In this document: in pieces, positions 32,648 to 45,618 of the stretch | How positions within the stretch are numbered: position 1 is the first letter of the stretch | How the letters are laid out: every line of letters starts with the position of its first letter | Assembly: GCA_963814585.1 (NCBI GenBank) | Contig: CAWFDF010000009.1 | Span: 32,001-96,000 of the forward strand | Source of the DNA: an uncultured delta proteobacterium | GTDB lineage: Bacteria > Myxococcota > Myxococcia > Myxococcales > Anaeromyxobacteraceae | Direction: 5' to 3' | DNA: 64,000 nucleotides | Notes under the pieces: generated by a model | What the model saw: the letters and a program-made list of their open reading frames with translations, nothing else | Database searches by the model: none | Told to the model about the DNA's origin: nothing | Position numbers and translations under genes: made by a program

Positions 32648-33127
32648 CTAGGCCAGCAGGCCGACCAGCAGCGCGCCGATGAGCAGGAAGGCGAGCATCA
32701 CCTTGGCCACGCTCCCGATCAGGAAGCCGAGGAGCGTCCCCACCCCGGCCTGCAGCGCCTTCTCCAGGTCGGGATCCTTCCAGAGCTCCAGCGCGACGGC
32801 CCCCACCACCGGCCCGAGGACGATCCCGACCGGCCCGAGGAAGAGGCCGACCAGCAGGCCCGCGGTGGCGCCGATCACCGCCCAGCGCGAGGCCCCGAAG
32901 GCCTTCGCCCCCAGGGCGGTGGCCGCCCAGTCGGCCGCCACGATGAGCAGCGCCAGCACCCCGGTGACGGCCAGCGTGGGCGCGCCGACCAGCTGGAAGT
33001 CACCGGCCCAGGCGATGAGCCAGACCCCGGCCCAGAGCCCGGCCGCCCCCGGCAGGACCGGGATCACCACGCCGGCCAGCCCGGCCAGCAGGGCCAGCGC
33101 GCCGAGCACGTAGAGCACGATGTCCAC
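32648..33127 (-). CDS. DUF456-family membrane protein
   Basis: GVVIPVLPG, GAKAFGASRW, GIVLGPVVGA, multiple TM helices. Confidence 0.85.
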   Translation of the reverse strand: MDIVLYVLGALALLAGLAGVVIPVLPGAAGLWAGVWLIAWAGDFQLVGAPTLAVTGVLALLIVAADWAATALGAKAFGASRWAVIGATAGLLVGLFLGPVGIVLGPVVGAVALELWKDPDLEKALQAGVGTLLGFLIGSVAKVMLAFLLIGALLVGLLA

Positions 33128-33283
33128 CCCGGCATGCTACCGCCTCGCCCGCGCCCCGGCACGGTCACGCCCGGGCCGTGCGCAGGGCGCGCGGCGCTCC
33201 ACGGCGTCACGGGCCCGTCACCCTCCAGCCGGCCCGGCGGCACTTCGCTCGGAATCTCCGCCGCGCGGGACTAGACTCCCGGC

Positions 33284-35047
<1,764 letters not shown>

Positions 35048-35051
<4 letters not shown>

Positions 35052-36307
35052 CGCCCGAGGGCCGGCTGCGCCTGGTGCCCTTCGAGGCCCTGCGCGGGCT
35101 GGCCGGGGCGCTCGAGCCGGCCCTCGCCGAGGTGCTCGCCGGCGCCACGGCCGAGCGGGTCCTCGACCGCTTCCTGCGCCGCCACCGGGACCTCGAGGCC
35201 CCGGGCCGGGCGGCGTGCGCCGAGGCCCTCCTCGGCGTCGGGCTCTGGCGCCGCCGGCTGCGCCACGCGCTCGGCGGTGCGCCCGGCTCGCCGCGCCTGC
35301 TGCTGGCGCTGCTGCTGCGGGACCTGGCCGGCCGGGACGACGCCGCCGAGCTGGCCGGGCTCCCGCCCGGCGGCTGGCCGCCGGCCGTCCCGCCGCCGGT
35401 GGCCCTGGCCGACCGGGCCTCGCTCCCCGACTGGCTGGCGGGGGAGCTGGTGCTGGCCGCCGGCGGCGAGGCCGAGGCGCTGGCCGACGCGCTCAACCTG
35501 CCGGGTCCGGTGGCGCTGCGGGCCAACCGGCTGCGCGGCGATCGCGGCGGGCTGGCCGAGGCGCTCGCCCGGCAAGGGGTCGGGACGCGCCCGTCGGCGC
35601 TGGCCCCCGACGGCCTGGTGATCACCTCGCCGCGCGCCAACGTCCGGGGCCTCGAGGCCTGGCGCGACGGCCGCTGCGAGGTGCAGGACGAGGGGAGCCA
35701 GCTGCTGGCGCTGGCGCTCGGCGCCCGCCGCGGGGAGCGGGTGCTCGACCGCTGCGCCGGGGCCGGCGGCAAGGCGCTGGCGCTGGCCGCGGCGGTGGGT
35801 CCGGAGGGGCGGGTGCTGGCCTGCGACGCCGACGAGGAGCGGCTGCGGCGGCTGGAGGAGCGGGCCGGACGGGCCGGCGCCGCGGCCATCGTGGAGGTGC
35901 TGGGCGCCGCGCCGCCCTCGCCGCTCGAGGTGGACGGCGCGCTGGTCGACGCCCCCTGCTCCGAGCTCGGGCCGCTGCGGCGGGGCCCGGACCAGCGCTG
36001 GCGGGTCGACCCGGGCCGCTTCGCGGCGCTGCCGCCGCTCCAGCTCGCGCTGCTGCGAGACGCGGCCCGCTGCGTCCGGCCGGGCGGGCGGCTGGTCTAC
36101 GCCACCTGCACCTTCCGCCGGGAGGAGAACGAGGCGGTGGCGCTGGCCTTCGAGGCGGCCGAGCCGGGCTGGCGGCGCGCCGCCCCGGCGGCGCCCGACC
36201 AGGTGCTGGGACCGGACCGGTTCCTCAGGACCTTCCCCCACCGGCACGGGACCGACGGCTTCTTCGCCGCGGCCTGGGTTCGATCGGAGGGCGCTCCGCG
36301 TCCCTGA
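35048..36307 (+). CDS. RsmB/NOP family RNA m5C methyltransferase
   Basis: EVQDEGSQL, DRCAGAGGK, VDAPCS, YATCT...ENE, TDGFFAA. Confidence 0.9.
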
Positions 36308-36346
36308 GGCTGGATCGCCCGGGCGACTCCTGGCCCGGCCCGGCTC

Positions 36347-38023
36347 CTACTCGGCCTCCAGCACCGCGCCGTTGCTGGCGTTGGTGACCTGGGCCGCGTA
36401 GCGGCGCAGCCACTTCGAGCGGATCTCCTTCCTCGGCGCCGTCCAGCCGGCGCGCCGCCTGGCCAGCTCGGCGTCGGCGACGCCCAGCGTCAGCGCCCGG
36501 GACTCCACGTCGATGGTGATGGCGTCGCCGTCGCGGACCAGCGCGATGGCCCCGCCCTCGGCGGCCTCGGGCGAGACGTGGCCGACGCAGGCCCCGCGGG
36601 TGGCGCCCGAGAAGCGGCCGTCGGTGACCAGGCCGACCGAGTTCCCCAGCCCCATCCCCATGATGAGCGCGGTGGGGGAGAGCATCTCCTGCATCCCCGG
36701 CCCGCCCTTCGGCCCCTCGTAGCGGATCACCACGAAGTCGCCCGCCTTCACCTTGCCGGCCATGATCCCTGCCACCGCCTCGTCCTGCGAGTCGAAGCAG
36801 ACGGCCTTGCCGGTGAACTTCCGCATCCCCGGCTCGATGCCGGCGGTCTTCACCACCGCCCCCTCGGTGGCCAGGTTGCCGAAGAGGACGGCGATGCCGC
36901 CCACCGGGCTCCAGGCGTGCTCGAGGTCGTGGATCACCGCCCGGTCCGTCACCTCGGCCTGCTCGATCCGCTGGCCGATGGTCTCGCCGCCCACGGTCAT
37001 GGCCCCGGTCCGGACCACGTCCCCGCGCCGGGCGATCTCCTTGAGGACCGCGCCGACGCCGCCCGCCTTGTGGACATCCTCGATGTGCACGGTGGAGAGC
37101 GAGGGGGCGATCTTGGCCACGTGCGCCACCCGGGCCGCCACCGCCTCGATGTCCCGGAGGTCCAGCTTCACGCCCGCCTCGCGGGCGATGGCCAGCAGGT
37201 GGAGGATGGTGTTGGAGGAGCCGCCCATGGCCATGTCGACCACGATGGCGTTCTGGACCGCGTCGCGGTCCAGGATCCTCCGCATCTTGAACTCGGGCTT
37301 CAGCGCGATCTCGACGGTGCGCCTGGCGGCGCGGCGGACCAGCGCCTCGCGCTCGGGGGTGAGCGCCAGCACCGTGCCGTTGCCGGGCAGCGCGATCCCC
37401 ATGGCCTCGCAGAGCACGTTCATCGAGTTGGCGGTGAACATGCCCGAGCAGGAGCCGCCCGACGGGCAGGCCCGGCACTCGATCTCGTAGAGCTCCTCGT
37501 CGGTCATCTTCCCCTGGGCCCGCCTGGCCACCGCCTCGAAGGCGGTGCTGAGGTCGATGGAGGTGCCGTCCTTCAGCGTCCCCGCCTTCATCGGCCCGCC
37601 CGAGCAGAAGACGGTGGGCACGTCGACCCGCAGCGCCCCCATCACCATCCCCGGCACGATCTTGTCGCAGTTGGGGATGCAGAGCAGGGCGTCGAGCTGG
37701 TGCGCCTCCATCACCGTCTCGACCGAGTCGGCGATCAGCTCGCGCGAGGGCAGCGAGTACTTCATGCCGCCGTGCCCCATGGCGATGCCGTCGTCCACGC
37801 CGATGGTGTTGAACTCGAAGGGGACGCCACCCGCCTTGCGGATCTCCTCCTTGGCGATCCGGCCGTACTCCTGAAGGTAGAAGTGGCCGGGGATGATGTC
37901 GATGTGGCTGTTGGCGATGCCGATGAAGGGCTTGGCGAAGTCCTCGTCCTTCAGGCCGACGGCGCGGAGCAGGCTGCGGTGGGGAGCCCGCTCGAACCCC
38001 TTCTTGACGGTGTCGGAGCGCAT
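36347..38023 (-). CDS. ilvD: Dihydroxy-acid dehydratase
   Basis: [53 protein letters not shown]. Confidence 0.97.
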   Translation of the reverse strand: MRSDTVKKGFERAPHRSLLRAVGLKDEDFAKPFIGIANSHIDIIPGHFYLQEYGRIAKEEIRKAGGVPFEFNTIGVDDGIAMGHGGMKYSLPSRELIADSVETVMEAHQLDALLCIPNCDKIVPGMVMGALRVDVPTVFCSGGPMKAGTLKDGTSIDLSTAFEAVARRAQGKMTDEELYEIECRACPSGGSCSGMFTANSMNVLCEAMGIALPGNGTVLALTPEREALVRRAARRTVEIALKPEFKMRRILDRDAVQNAIVVDMAMGGSSNTILHLLAIAREAGVKLDLRDIEAVAARVAHVAKIAPSLSTVHIEDVHKAGGVGAVLKEIARRGDVVRTGAMTVGGETIGQRIEQAEVTDRAVIHDLEHAWSPVGGIAVLFGNLATEGAVVKTAGIEPGMRKFTGKAVCFDSQDEAVAGIMAGKVKAGDFVVIRYEGPKGGPGMQEMLSPTALIMGMGLGNSVGLVTDGRFSGATRGACVGHVSPEAAEGGAIALVRDGDAITIDVESRALTLGVADAELARRRAGWTAPRKEIRSKWLRRYAAQVTNASNGAVLEAE

Positions 38024-38122
38024 GGGAGGGATGTCACTCCGCCGGGCGCTCCGAGTCAATGCCGGGCCCCGACCAGGCACCGGCTCGGAAACGCCGCGGC
38101 GCGGTACTAGACTCGGTGGCCC

Positions 38123-39445
38123 GTGCTCCTCGCCCCGCTGCTCTCGGCCCTCCTGGCCGCCGCCCCGGCCGGCCCCTGCGACCGCTTCACCGCCCTGGGG
38201 GGGCCGGCCCCGGAGCGGGGCGACGACGCCACCTGCGTCCAGCTGCTCGACGACGCCTGCGCCGGGAGCGTGGGGCGGGCCTGCAGCGCGCTGGCCGACC
38301 TGCTGCTGTCCGGGAGCGGCGTGGCCCCGGACCCGGCCCGGGCCGAGCGACTCCTCGACCGGGGCTGCCAGGCCGGCCACGCCGAGGCCTGCTTTCGCCT
38401 GGCCGGTCGCACCACCGACCCGGCCCGGCGCCGCGCCCTGCTCGCCGACGGGTGCGCCGAAGGCTCCGGCGGCGCCTGCCTCGACCTGGCCGAGCTGGCC
38501 AGCGACCCGGCCGCCCGGCGCGCCCTGCTGGAGCGCGCCTGCGACCTCGGCGCCGGGGGCGGCTGCCTGGCGCTGGCGCGGCTCGGCAGCGCTCCCCGCG
38601 GCATGACCTGGCTCGCCCTGCTGGAGCGCGGCTGCACCCGGGGAAGCGGGGCCGCCTGCACCGAGGCCGGGAAGGCCCGGAGCACCGAGGCCGCCAGCCC
38701 GCACGACCTGGATCGGGCCATCGAGCGGTTCGAGCGTGGCTGCCAGCTCGGCTCGAGCGAGGGCTGCGCCCGGCTCGGCAGCGCCCTGGTGCGGGGCGAC
38801 GCCGTGGTCCGCGACCTGCCGCGTGGTCGCGCCCTGCTCGTCGCCCACTGCGGCGCGCTCGGGGCGGAGGCCTGCCTGGCCGCCGCGGCCGAGCTGCCCG
38901 GCGGAGCGGCGGCGCTGCTCGAGGGCGAGCCGCCGCTGCCGCTGCTGGAGGTGCTCTGCGGGCGCCAGCAGGCCGAGGCCTGCCGCCGGGCCGGGCGCAT
39001 CTTCCAGGAGGGGCTGCTGGTCACCGGCGACGGGCGGCGGGCCGAGTACTTCTACGGGCTGGCCTGCGCCGGCGGTCAGGCCGCCGCCTGCCACGACCTC
39101 GCCATCCTGCTCTGGGCCGGTGGCGGCGTCCCCGTCGACCGGCCGCGCGCCGCCACGCTCCTGCGCCAGGCCTGCGACGGCGGGGTGGTGAGGGCCTGCC
39201 TCGACCTGGAGCTGTACGGACTGCGGAAGCCGGCGGCTCGCCGACTAGCGGCGGTGGACGGCGCCGTTCTGCGCCCACAGGTCGCCAGGCGACCGCAGGT
39301 CCTCCATGATGGCGACGCCGAGGGCGCAGGCCGTGAAGACGGCCAGCGCCAGCATCCAGGGCTTGAACGGCAGGAGCTCCTGCGGAACCTGGCGAGGCGT
39401 CCTGGGCCGGTCTGGCGGAAGCGGCGGCATCGGGTGCAAGGCTAG
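38123..39445 (+). CDS. Secreted Cys-rich Sel1-like repeat protein; true end may lie near 39250
   Basis: Signal peptide; repeated (E/D)R(A/G)C-x-x-G-x3-(A/G)C-x2-L(A/G) units. Confidence 0.75.
   Translation: MLLAPLLSALLAAAPAGPCDRFTALGGPAPERGDDATCVQLLDDACAGSVGRACSALADLLLSGSGVAPDPARAERLLDRGCQAGHAEACFRLAGRTTDPARRRALLADGCAEGSGGACLDLAELASDPAARRALLERACDLGAGGGCLALARLGSAPRGMTWLALLERGCTRGSGAACTEAGKARSTEAASPHDLDRAIERFERGCQLGSSEGCARLGSALVRGDAVVRDLPRGRALLVAHCGALGAEACLAAAAELPGGAAALLEGEPPLPLLEVLCGRQQAEACRRAGRIFQEGLLVTGDGRRAEYFYGLACAGGQAAACHDLAILLWAGGGVPVDRPRAATLLRQACDGGVVRACLDLELYGLRKPAARRLAAVDGAVLRPQVARRPQVLHDGDAEGAGREDGQRQHPGLERQELLRNLARRPGPVWRKRRHRVQG
39245..39430 (-). CDS. Small membrane protein (61 aa)
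   Basis: Pro-rich N-terminus, [26 protein letters not shown] box 8 nt before the ATG. Confidence 0.45.
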   Translation of the reverse strand: MPPLPPDRPRTPRQVPQELLPFKPWMLALAVFTACALGVAIMEDLRSPGDLWAQNGAVHRR

Positions 39446-39561
39446 ACCGAGCACCGGGGCGGGCGCAACACCACGGCCGGTCCCGCCGCCGGTGGACCCC
39501 CGTCCCAAAGGGGCACGAGTGCGGTGCCGCGGCGCTCGCGGCGCGGTATGAACGGACACCC

Positions 39562-40985
39562 ATGACCGCCCTCCCCGTCATCGCCCTGGCGCTCGCGCTC
39601 GCCGCCCCGCCGCCGGCCCCGCCCCCCCGCGCACCTTCCGCGTCGACTACTTCCACACCGGCACCGCCACCTCCGAGACCTTCTCGCTCGATCGGCTGGT
39701 GCTCGAGCCGCTGCCGTTCCCGGGCCGGCCCGACCGGGCCGTCGACGACCTCGGCCTCGGCAAGTACCACTTCGAGGTCCGCGACCAGCAGAGCGGCGCG
39801 CTCCTCTACTCGCGCGGCTTCGCCTCCGTCTACGGCGAGTGGGAGACCACCGACGAGGCGCGCAAGGCCACCCGCACCTTCTCCGAGTCGCTCCGCTTCC
39901 CGGCCCCGGCCGCGCCGGTGAGGGTGGTGCTGAGGAAGCGGGCCCCCGACCAGTCCTTCCGCGAGGCCTGGACCCTGCTGGTCGACCCGAGGGACCAGCT
40001 CGTCGACACCGCCCCGCCCCCGTCGCCGGGGCCGGTCGTCACCTTCCAGCGGAGCGGCCCGCCGGAGCGGAAGTTCGACCTGCTGCTCCTCGGCGACGGC
40101 TACACCGCCGCCCAGCGCGGCGCCTTCGAGGCCGACGCGCGCCGGCTGCTCGAGGCGCTCTTCGCCGTCGAGCCGTGGAGGTCGCGGCGCGGCGACGTCA
40201 ACGCCTGGGGGCTCTGTCCGCCGTCCGACCAGCCCGGGGTCTCCCGCCCCTCCACCGGCGTCCACCGGCGCAGCCGCGTCGGCGCCACCTACGACGCCTT
40301 CGGCTCGGAGCGCTACGTCCTCAGCTTCGAGAACCGCTCGCTGCGCGACGTCGCCGCCTTCGCCCCCTACGACGCGGTGGCCATCCTCGTCAACGGCGAG
40401 ACCTACGGCGGCGGCGGCATCTTCAACCTCTACACCACGGTCGCGGCCCGCTCGAGGTGGGCCGAGTACATCTTCGTCCACGAGCTGGGCCACTCGGTGG
40501 CGGCGCTGGCCGACGAGTACTTCACCAGCGACACCGCCTACCTCCCGGCCGAGGGGCGGATCGAGCCCTGGGAGGCCAACGTCACCCTCGATCCCAGGGC
40601 GGCCAAGTGGGCCGACCTGGTCACGCCCGGCGCCCCGCTCCCCACCCCGTGGCCCAAGGAGGCCTTCACGGCGCGGGCCCGGGAGATCCAGGCCCAGCGC
40701 AAGGCCATCCGCAAGCGGAACGGGCCGGAGGCCGAGATGGACGCGCTCTTCGCCATGCAGCAGGAGGAGGAGACGGCGCTGCTCTCGCCGCTCGGCGGGA
40801 CGGTGGGCGCCTTCGAGGGGGCCAACTACGAGGCCTCCGGCAGCTTCCGGCCCCAGGCCGACTGCGTCATGTTCTCCCGCGACCGGGTCCCCTTCTGCGC
40901 GGTCTGCCGCCGGACGCTGGACCGGGTCCTGGACCTGTACGCCGCCCCCGCCGCCGCCCCCGTCACCGACCCTTCGCCGCGCTAG
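39562..40985 (+). CDS. M64 (IgA peptidase-like) metallopeptidase; apparent frameshift near 39625
   Basis: Signal peptide, FRVDYFHTG, YSRGFASVYGEW, GDGYT, YGGGGIFN, HELGH...LADEY, FEGANY, C-terminal C..FCAVC. Confidence 0.88.
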
Positions 40986-40989
40986 CCGC

Positions 40990-41049
40990 CCGCCACCACC
41001 CGGCTCTCCACCACTCCGCTCGCCACCGCCCCGCTCGCCGCCTCCCGGA
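40990..41049 (+). repeat. Degenerate 15-nt tandem repeat, about 4 copies
   Basis: cgccaccacccggct / ctccaccactccgct / cgccaccgccccgct / cgccgcctcccgg. Confidence 0.55.
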
Positions 41050-41058
41050 GCCACCCCC

Positions 41059-42066
41059 ATGCGCGAAGCCTTCACCTTCGACGACGTCCTCCTGGTCCCC
41101 GCCTACAACCACTACGAGTCGCGCCAGCACGTCGACACCTCGGTCACCGACCGGACCGGCAAGCTGACGCTCAAGCTGCCGCTCATGACCGCCAACATGG
41201 ACACCATCACCGAGTCGGCGATGGCCAACTTCATCGGCGGCAAGGGGGGCATCGGCGTGCTCCACCGCTTCATGTCGGTGGAGCGCAACGTCGAGGAGTT
41301 CCGGCGCTGCACCGGCCAGGTCTTCGTCTCCATCGGCACCTCCGAGGAGGAGCTGGAGCGGGCCGAGGCCCTGCGCGGCGCCGGCGCCGACCTCTTCGTG
41401 GTCGACGTGGCCCACGGCCACGCCCGCTACATGGGCAAGACGCTCAAGCGGCTGCGCGAGCTGCTCCCCAACGCCTGCCTGATGGCCGGCAACGTGGCCA
41501 CCTACGCCGGCGCCGACTACCTGGCCTCGGTGGGAGCCGACATCGTCAAGGTGGGGATCGGGCCGGGGAGCGTCTGCACCACCCGGCTCAAGACCGGCCA
41601 CGGCGTGCCGCAGCTCACCGCCATCCAGGACTGCGCCCGCTGCGACCGCTCCATCGTGGCCGACGGCGGCATCCGCTACGCCGGCGACCTGGTCAAGGCG
41701 CTGGCCTTCGGCGCCGACTTCGTGATGATCGGCGGGATGCTGGCAGGGACGCGCCCCACGCCGGGCGAGCGGGTGCCGCAGCCCGACGGCAGCTGGGTGA
41801 AGACCTACCGCGGCATGGCCAGCCGCGAGGTGGCCGACGATCACCACGGCGGCATCGCCGAGTGGAAGACCGCCGAGGGGATCTCCACCACCGTCCCGTA
41901 CCGCGAGGACGAGGACCGGATCATCGGGGACCTGGTGGGCGGGCTCCGCTCCGGCCTCACCTACGCCGGGAGCCAGACCGTGAAGGAGCTGCAGCGCAAG
42001 CTCAACTACACGGTGATCACGCCGAGCGGCTGGCGCGAGTCGCTGCCGCACAAGGCGATGCTGTAG
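41059..42066 (+). CDS. guaC: GMP reductase (IMPDH/GMPR family, no CBS domains)
   Basis: [47 protein letters not shown]. Confidence 0.75.
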   Translation: MREAFTFDDVLLVPAYNHYESRQHVDTSVTDRTGKLTLKLPLMTANMDTITESAMANFIGGKGGIGVLHRFMSVERNVEEFRRCTGQVFVSIGTSEEELERAEALRGAGADLFVVDVAHGHARYMGKTLKRLRELLPNACLMAGNVATYAGADYLASVGADIVKVGIGPGSVCTTRLKTGHGVPQLTAIQDCARCDRSIVADGGIRYAGDLVKALAFGADFVMIGGMLAGTRPTPGERVPQPDGSWVKTYRGMASREVADDHHGGIAEWKTAEGISTTVPYREDEDRIIGDLVGGLRSGLTYAGSQTVKELQRKLNYTVITPSGWRESLPHKAML

Positions 42067-42118
42067 CCGGGGACGAGGCCCCGGCGGAGCCAGGGCGGCG
42101 CGCCCACCAGGCAAGAGG

Positions 42119-42153
42119 AAACCCCGGCCCCGCGCGAGCGGGACCGGGGCTTC
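42119..42153. terminator. Bidirectional terminator between guaC and the porin gene
   Basis: AAACCCCGGCCCCGC-GCGA-GCGGGACCGGGGCTTC. Confidence 0.75.
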
Positions 42154-42172
42154 GAGTGCTGCGCGCCAGTGA

Positions 42173-43441
42173 CTAGAAGAAGTAGTTGGCGGTGATCAGG
42201 CCCTGCATGGCGTCGGTGCTGGTGGTGGTGCCAACGCCGGTCCCGTAGGTGGTCTTGTTCTGGTAGAACTCGAGCCCCAGGGCGTAGCCGCCGTCCTGGT
42301 ACTTGAGCATGCCGCCCATGACGGTGTTGTCCAGGCGGCTGGTGTTGCCGGCGACGCGGCGCATGTCGGCCTCGTCGGGGGTGTTGGCGCCGTACACGAC
42401 GCTGAGCTGGATCTCCTTGGTGAAGTTGGCGGCCAGCTCGACCCAGTAGCCGGTGTCGTCGATGTCGCCGAACGCCAGCAGCGAGCCGAGCATGTTGCCG
42501 GTGGCGCTGCCCATGTAGTAGTTGCCGGCCAGCTGGAGCATGGTCCACCTGACCTTGCCGCCCACCTCGAAGACGTTGCCGTCGATGCTGGTCTTGCCGG
42601 CCGCATAGGCCGGAGGCGTGGCGCTGCCGCCGAAGCCGGTGAGATCCACCGTGTGGTAGACGCCGACCAGGTAGGCCATGTAGGTGAAGTCGCCGGACTT
42701 GCCGTCGACCTTGGCGCGCCCCTGGAACATGGGCATGCCCGAGGCCTCACCGAAGCCGACGCCGGCCGGCGTGGTGGCGAGGCTGGTGGAGCCGTTGTTC
42801 CACTTGTTGGCCACGGCCTCGGCGGCCAGCTCGAGCTTCATGGCGTCGATCGGAATCGTGTAGCTGAAGCGGATGCCCGGGGTGCGCCAGCCGATGGTGC
42901 CGGCCCCGTAGGTCATCGGGTTGGAGAGGTGGGCGAGCGAGGCCGGGATCTGGGGCACCACCAGCTGGTTCTGCTGGCCGAACTGCAGGTTGGCGTTGCC
43001 GAACTTCAGCTCGGCGATGGCGACGCGGAGGCGCGGGTGCGGCTGCTCGGCCCCGTAGGTGCCGGCGCTGGTCACGCCGAAGAAGTCGAACTCGAGGTAG
43101 GCGCGCGGCTGGGCGGCGCCGTCGAAGACCTTGGGGCCGGCCATGGAGAAGGAGAAGCGCGAGTTGCGGACGTCGCCGGCCATGATCGAGCCCGACTTGG
43201 TGGCGCTGGGGACGGCGCAGGGGCCGGGCTCGCAGGGCGCCGAGTTGGCGGGCGAGGGCGCCACCAGGGTCAGCCCCTGGCCCTGACCGGCGGCGAAGGT
43301 CTGATCCTGGTAGTACATCGAGGCGGACGCAATCCCGTGGAACTCGAACTTCCACGGATTCTCATCGGCGGCTTGCACGCTGGGCGCCGCGAGGGCGATC
43401 GCGAGCAGGGTGGCGGACATCAGGGAGCGCAGGTTATTCAC
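42173..43441 (-). CDS. Outer-membrane porin (DcaP-like beta-barrel)
   Basis: Signal peptide, alternating beta-strand pattern, RNSRF, EFDFFG, PRLR, terminal NYFF; GGAGG RBS. Confidence 0.8.
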   Translation of the reverse strand: MNNLRSLMSATLLAIALAAPSVQAADENPWKFEFHGIASASMYYQDQTFAAGQGQGLTLVAPSPANSAPCEPGPCAVPSATKSGSIMAGDVRNSRFSFSMAGPKVFDGAAQPRAYLEFDFFGVTSAGTYGAEQPHPRLRVAIAELKFGNANLQFGQQNQLVVPQIPASLAHLSNPMTYGAGTIGWRTPGIRFSYTIPIDAMKLELAAEAVANKWNNGSTSLATTPAGVGFGEASGMPMFQGRAKVDGKSGDFTYMAYLVGVYHTVDLTGFGGSATPPAYAAGKTSIDGNVFEVGGKVRWTMLQLAGNYYMGSATGNMLGSLLAFGDIDDTGYWVELAANFTKEIQLSVVYGANTPDEADMRRVAGNTSRLDNTVMGGMLKYQDGGYALGLEFYQNKTTYGTGVGTTTSTDAMQGLITANYFF

Positions 43442-43611
43442 GTCTGTGTTCCTCCGTTGAACTGACTCGCCGACATCCGCAAAGGGGGCGCGGCGTGGGT
43501 GGGCTTCGGGGGGGCTTCGCGGGCTTCGTGGTGCAAATCGTTCGTCGAATGACGGTTATTGCGCAAGCCGCGATGCGTCAGGATCCGTTCAGGAGGCGCT
43601 CCCGGATCGAG

Positions 43612-43640
43612 ATTATGCCAGTGATATCGGCTAGTTGAAA
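43612..43640 (-). promoter_or_regulatory. Putative sigma70 promoter of the porin gene
   Basis: TTCAAC-N16-CATAAT with TG extension, AT-rich tract upstream. Confidence 0.5.
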
Positions 43641-43849
43641 AATCTGAAAAAACGTTGCGTGGCCGTTTCGTGCCGAAATGGAGGCGGCCCGGAATCCCCT
43701 CGCCGGCTGTCGGTTCCTGTGTGGTCGGGTCCCACGGCTCCATGACCCTCGGGTCGGCCGCAGCCGCGACACATCGCCACGCTCCGGCGATCGCCCGCCC
43801 GGCGCTCTTCACGCTCCGTCCGTGGCGGCCCCGAGGTATGTTCCCCGCC

Positions 43850-44638
43850 ATGCCGGTCACCGCCGACGAGGTGCTCGACTTCATCCGCGCCCAGCGCCCG
43901 ATCCAGCAGCGGTTCTTCGGCGCCCGCGAGGCCGACAAGGTCCTCTCCTACCTCGGCAGCTGCGCCACGCCCGGCCTCTCCGCCTCGGTCTCCGTGCACC
44001 CGCTGCGCGCCCTGGCCCGCGGGCCGCGACCGTCGGAGCTGCTGGCCACCCTGGGCGGGGCCCCGCCTCGCCTGCCGGGGGCGGGCGAGATCGCCACCGC
44101 CTGCCTCTTCGACCAGCTCGTCGGGTACCAGCTCAAGACCGACGGGGCGGCGCCCGGCCGTGGCGTGGCCTGCGCCGGCGGGACCACCACCGTGCTGGGG
44201 GACCACGTCTACACGCTCCACCACGGGCCGTACATGACCACCGCCTTCGAGCAGGTGCCGATCGAGGAGGTGCTGGCCTCGGTGGGGAGCGCTCGCTTCG
44301 CGCTGCTCGGCGTCGGCACCCAGGTGAACCTCTCGCCGCGCTTCGACTGGCACGCCGAGAGGCGCGACGGCCGGCTGGTCACCTTCCACGGCGACGGGCT
44401 GCCGCTGAAGACCTGGGCCAACCTCAGGACCAACCGCCTGGTCACCCGCGCGCTCATCGACCCGTCCACCTTCTCCGGCTTCCTGGCCACCGGGCTGCTG
44501 GAGGAGTACCAGCCGGAGCAGGAGCCGGCGGCGTGGGCGGCCACCTGCCGCGGCTTCGCGGCGGGCGGCTGGTGGCGGCCGGCCCGCGCCTACAGGTTCG
44601 TGGCCGATCGGCTCGAGCGGCTGGCCCCGGTGGCCTGA
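43850..44638 (+). CDS. Hypothetical protein with pyridoxamine-5'-phosphate oxidase-like (split barrel) region
   Basis: NLSPR...KTWANLRTN pattern; TATGTT box 7 nt before the ATG. Confidence 0.6.
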   Translation: MPVTADEVLDFIRAQRPIQQRFFGAREADKVLSYLGSCATPGLSASVSVHPLRALARGPRPSELLATLGGAPPRLPGAGEIATACLFDQLVGYQLKTDGAAPGRGVACAGGTTTVLGDHVYTLHHGPYMTTAFEQVPIEEVLASVGSARFALLGVGTQVNLSPRFDWHAERRDGRLVTFHGDGLPLKTWANLRTNRLVTRALIDPSTFSGFLATGLLEEYQPEQEPAAWAATCRGFAAGGWWRPARAYRFVADRLERLAPVA

Positions 44639-44639
44639 G

Positions 44640-45482
44640 GTGGTGACCGCGCTCGCCGCCGCCCTGCTGCTCGCCGCCGGCCCGGTCGGCCTGCCAGCGC
44701 TGCTGGCCGCCGCCGGGTCTGCGCCCGCCGGCGGCCCGCGCGCCGTCGCGGCCTCGGCGCCCCTGCTCGGGGTCCGCTACCGGCTCGGCCCCCTCGGCGA
44801 GGGGCGCGGCCCCGACCCCGACCCGCGCTTCCGCCTCGACGCCTTCGACTGCGTCACCTTCATCGAGACCGCCCTGGCGCTCGGCGCCGGGCGGGACGAG
44901 GAGGAGGTGCGCCGCGCCCTCGACGACCTCCGCTACGGCCAGGCGGTCGAGCTGGCCGATCGCGGCCACGAGGTGCTCTCCCAGTGGATTCCACGCAACG
45001 TGGAGAAGGGCTGGATCCGGCCCATCTCGCGCGAGCTGGCCGGCGACGCCGCCGTCGAGGCCGCCACCACCTACGACCCGGCCCGCTGGGCGGCGCTGGC
45101 CGGGCGCGGCCGCGGCTTCGCCGGCGTCCCCGCCGCGCTGCTGCCGGGCGGCCGCTTCGCCACCGAGGTGATCCCGCCGGCCGCGCTCGGCGCCGTCGAG
45201 CCGCGGCTGCCCGACGGCGCCGTGGTCTGGGTGGTCCGCGAGGATCGGCTCGACCAGGTGACGCGGGTCACGCACGGTGGGCTGGTGGTGGTGAGGGGCG
45301 GGCGCCGCTGGGTGCGCCACGCCAGCTCCCGGCCCAGCCTGCTGCGGGTGGTGGAGGAGCCGCTGGCCGACTTCGTCGAGCGGCAGCGGCAGGCCTCCTC
45401 CCGCCCCCTGACCGGGCTGGCCGTCTTCGCGGCGCCGGACAACCGGACCAGGCTCGCCCGCCTGCCTCCGCTGGCACCCTGA
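44640..45482 (+). CDS. DUF1460 / NlpC-P60-like amidase
   Basis: LGVRYRLGPLGEG, FDCVTFIE catalytic Cys, VTHGG, RHASS. Confidence 0.82.
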   Translation: MVTALAAALLLAAGPVGLPALLAAAGSAPAGGPRAVAASAPLLGVRYRLGPLGEGRGPDPDPRFRLDAFDCVTFIETALALGAGRDEEEVRRALDDLRYGQAVELADRGHEVLSQWIPRNVEKGWIRPISRELAGDAAVEAATTYDPARWAALAGRGRGFAGVPAALLPGGRFATEVIPPAALGAVEPRLPDGAVVWVVREDRLDQVTRVTHGGLVVVRGGRRWVRHASSRPSLLRVVEEPLADFVERQRQASSRPLTGLAVFAAPDNRTRLARLPPLAP

Positions 45483-45507
45483 ATTCCTCGGGAATTCCGG
45501 TTGTCAC

Positions 45508-45537
45508 GGGAGGGGCCGTGCGCCCTCCCTTGTTTTC
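45508..45537 (+). terminator. Intrinsic terminator
   Basis: GGGAGGG...CCCTCCC followed by TTGTTTT. Confidence 0.7.
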
Positions 45538-45573
45538 CAGCAGAACCACCGGCAAGCGCGCCGCATCGGGCGG

Positions 45574-45599
45574 CGAAATACCCGGCGGCCCCCCACGTA
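45574..45599 (+). promoter_or_regulatory. ECF-type promoter of the exporter operon
   Basis: CGAAAT-N16-CGTA, similar to the SigW consensus TGAAAC-N16-CGTA. Confidence 0.5.
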
Positions 45600-45618
45600 G
45601 GGGGGGCACGAGCCCACC

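Noticed and set aside
29325..32651. 1108-aa + strand ORF and many similar long ORFs (for example 25675..28287, 45900..48449, 8231..10405)
   Set aside because: Antisense or off-frame shadows of real genes in high-GC DNA; low-complexity Arg/Gly/Ala/Pro translations with no family motifs.
43605..43680. Sigma-54 promoter upstream of the porin gene (TGGCAT..., CGGCAC...)
   Set aside because: Neither has GC at the required GG-N10-GC spacing.
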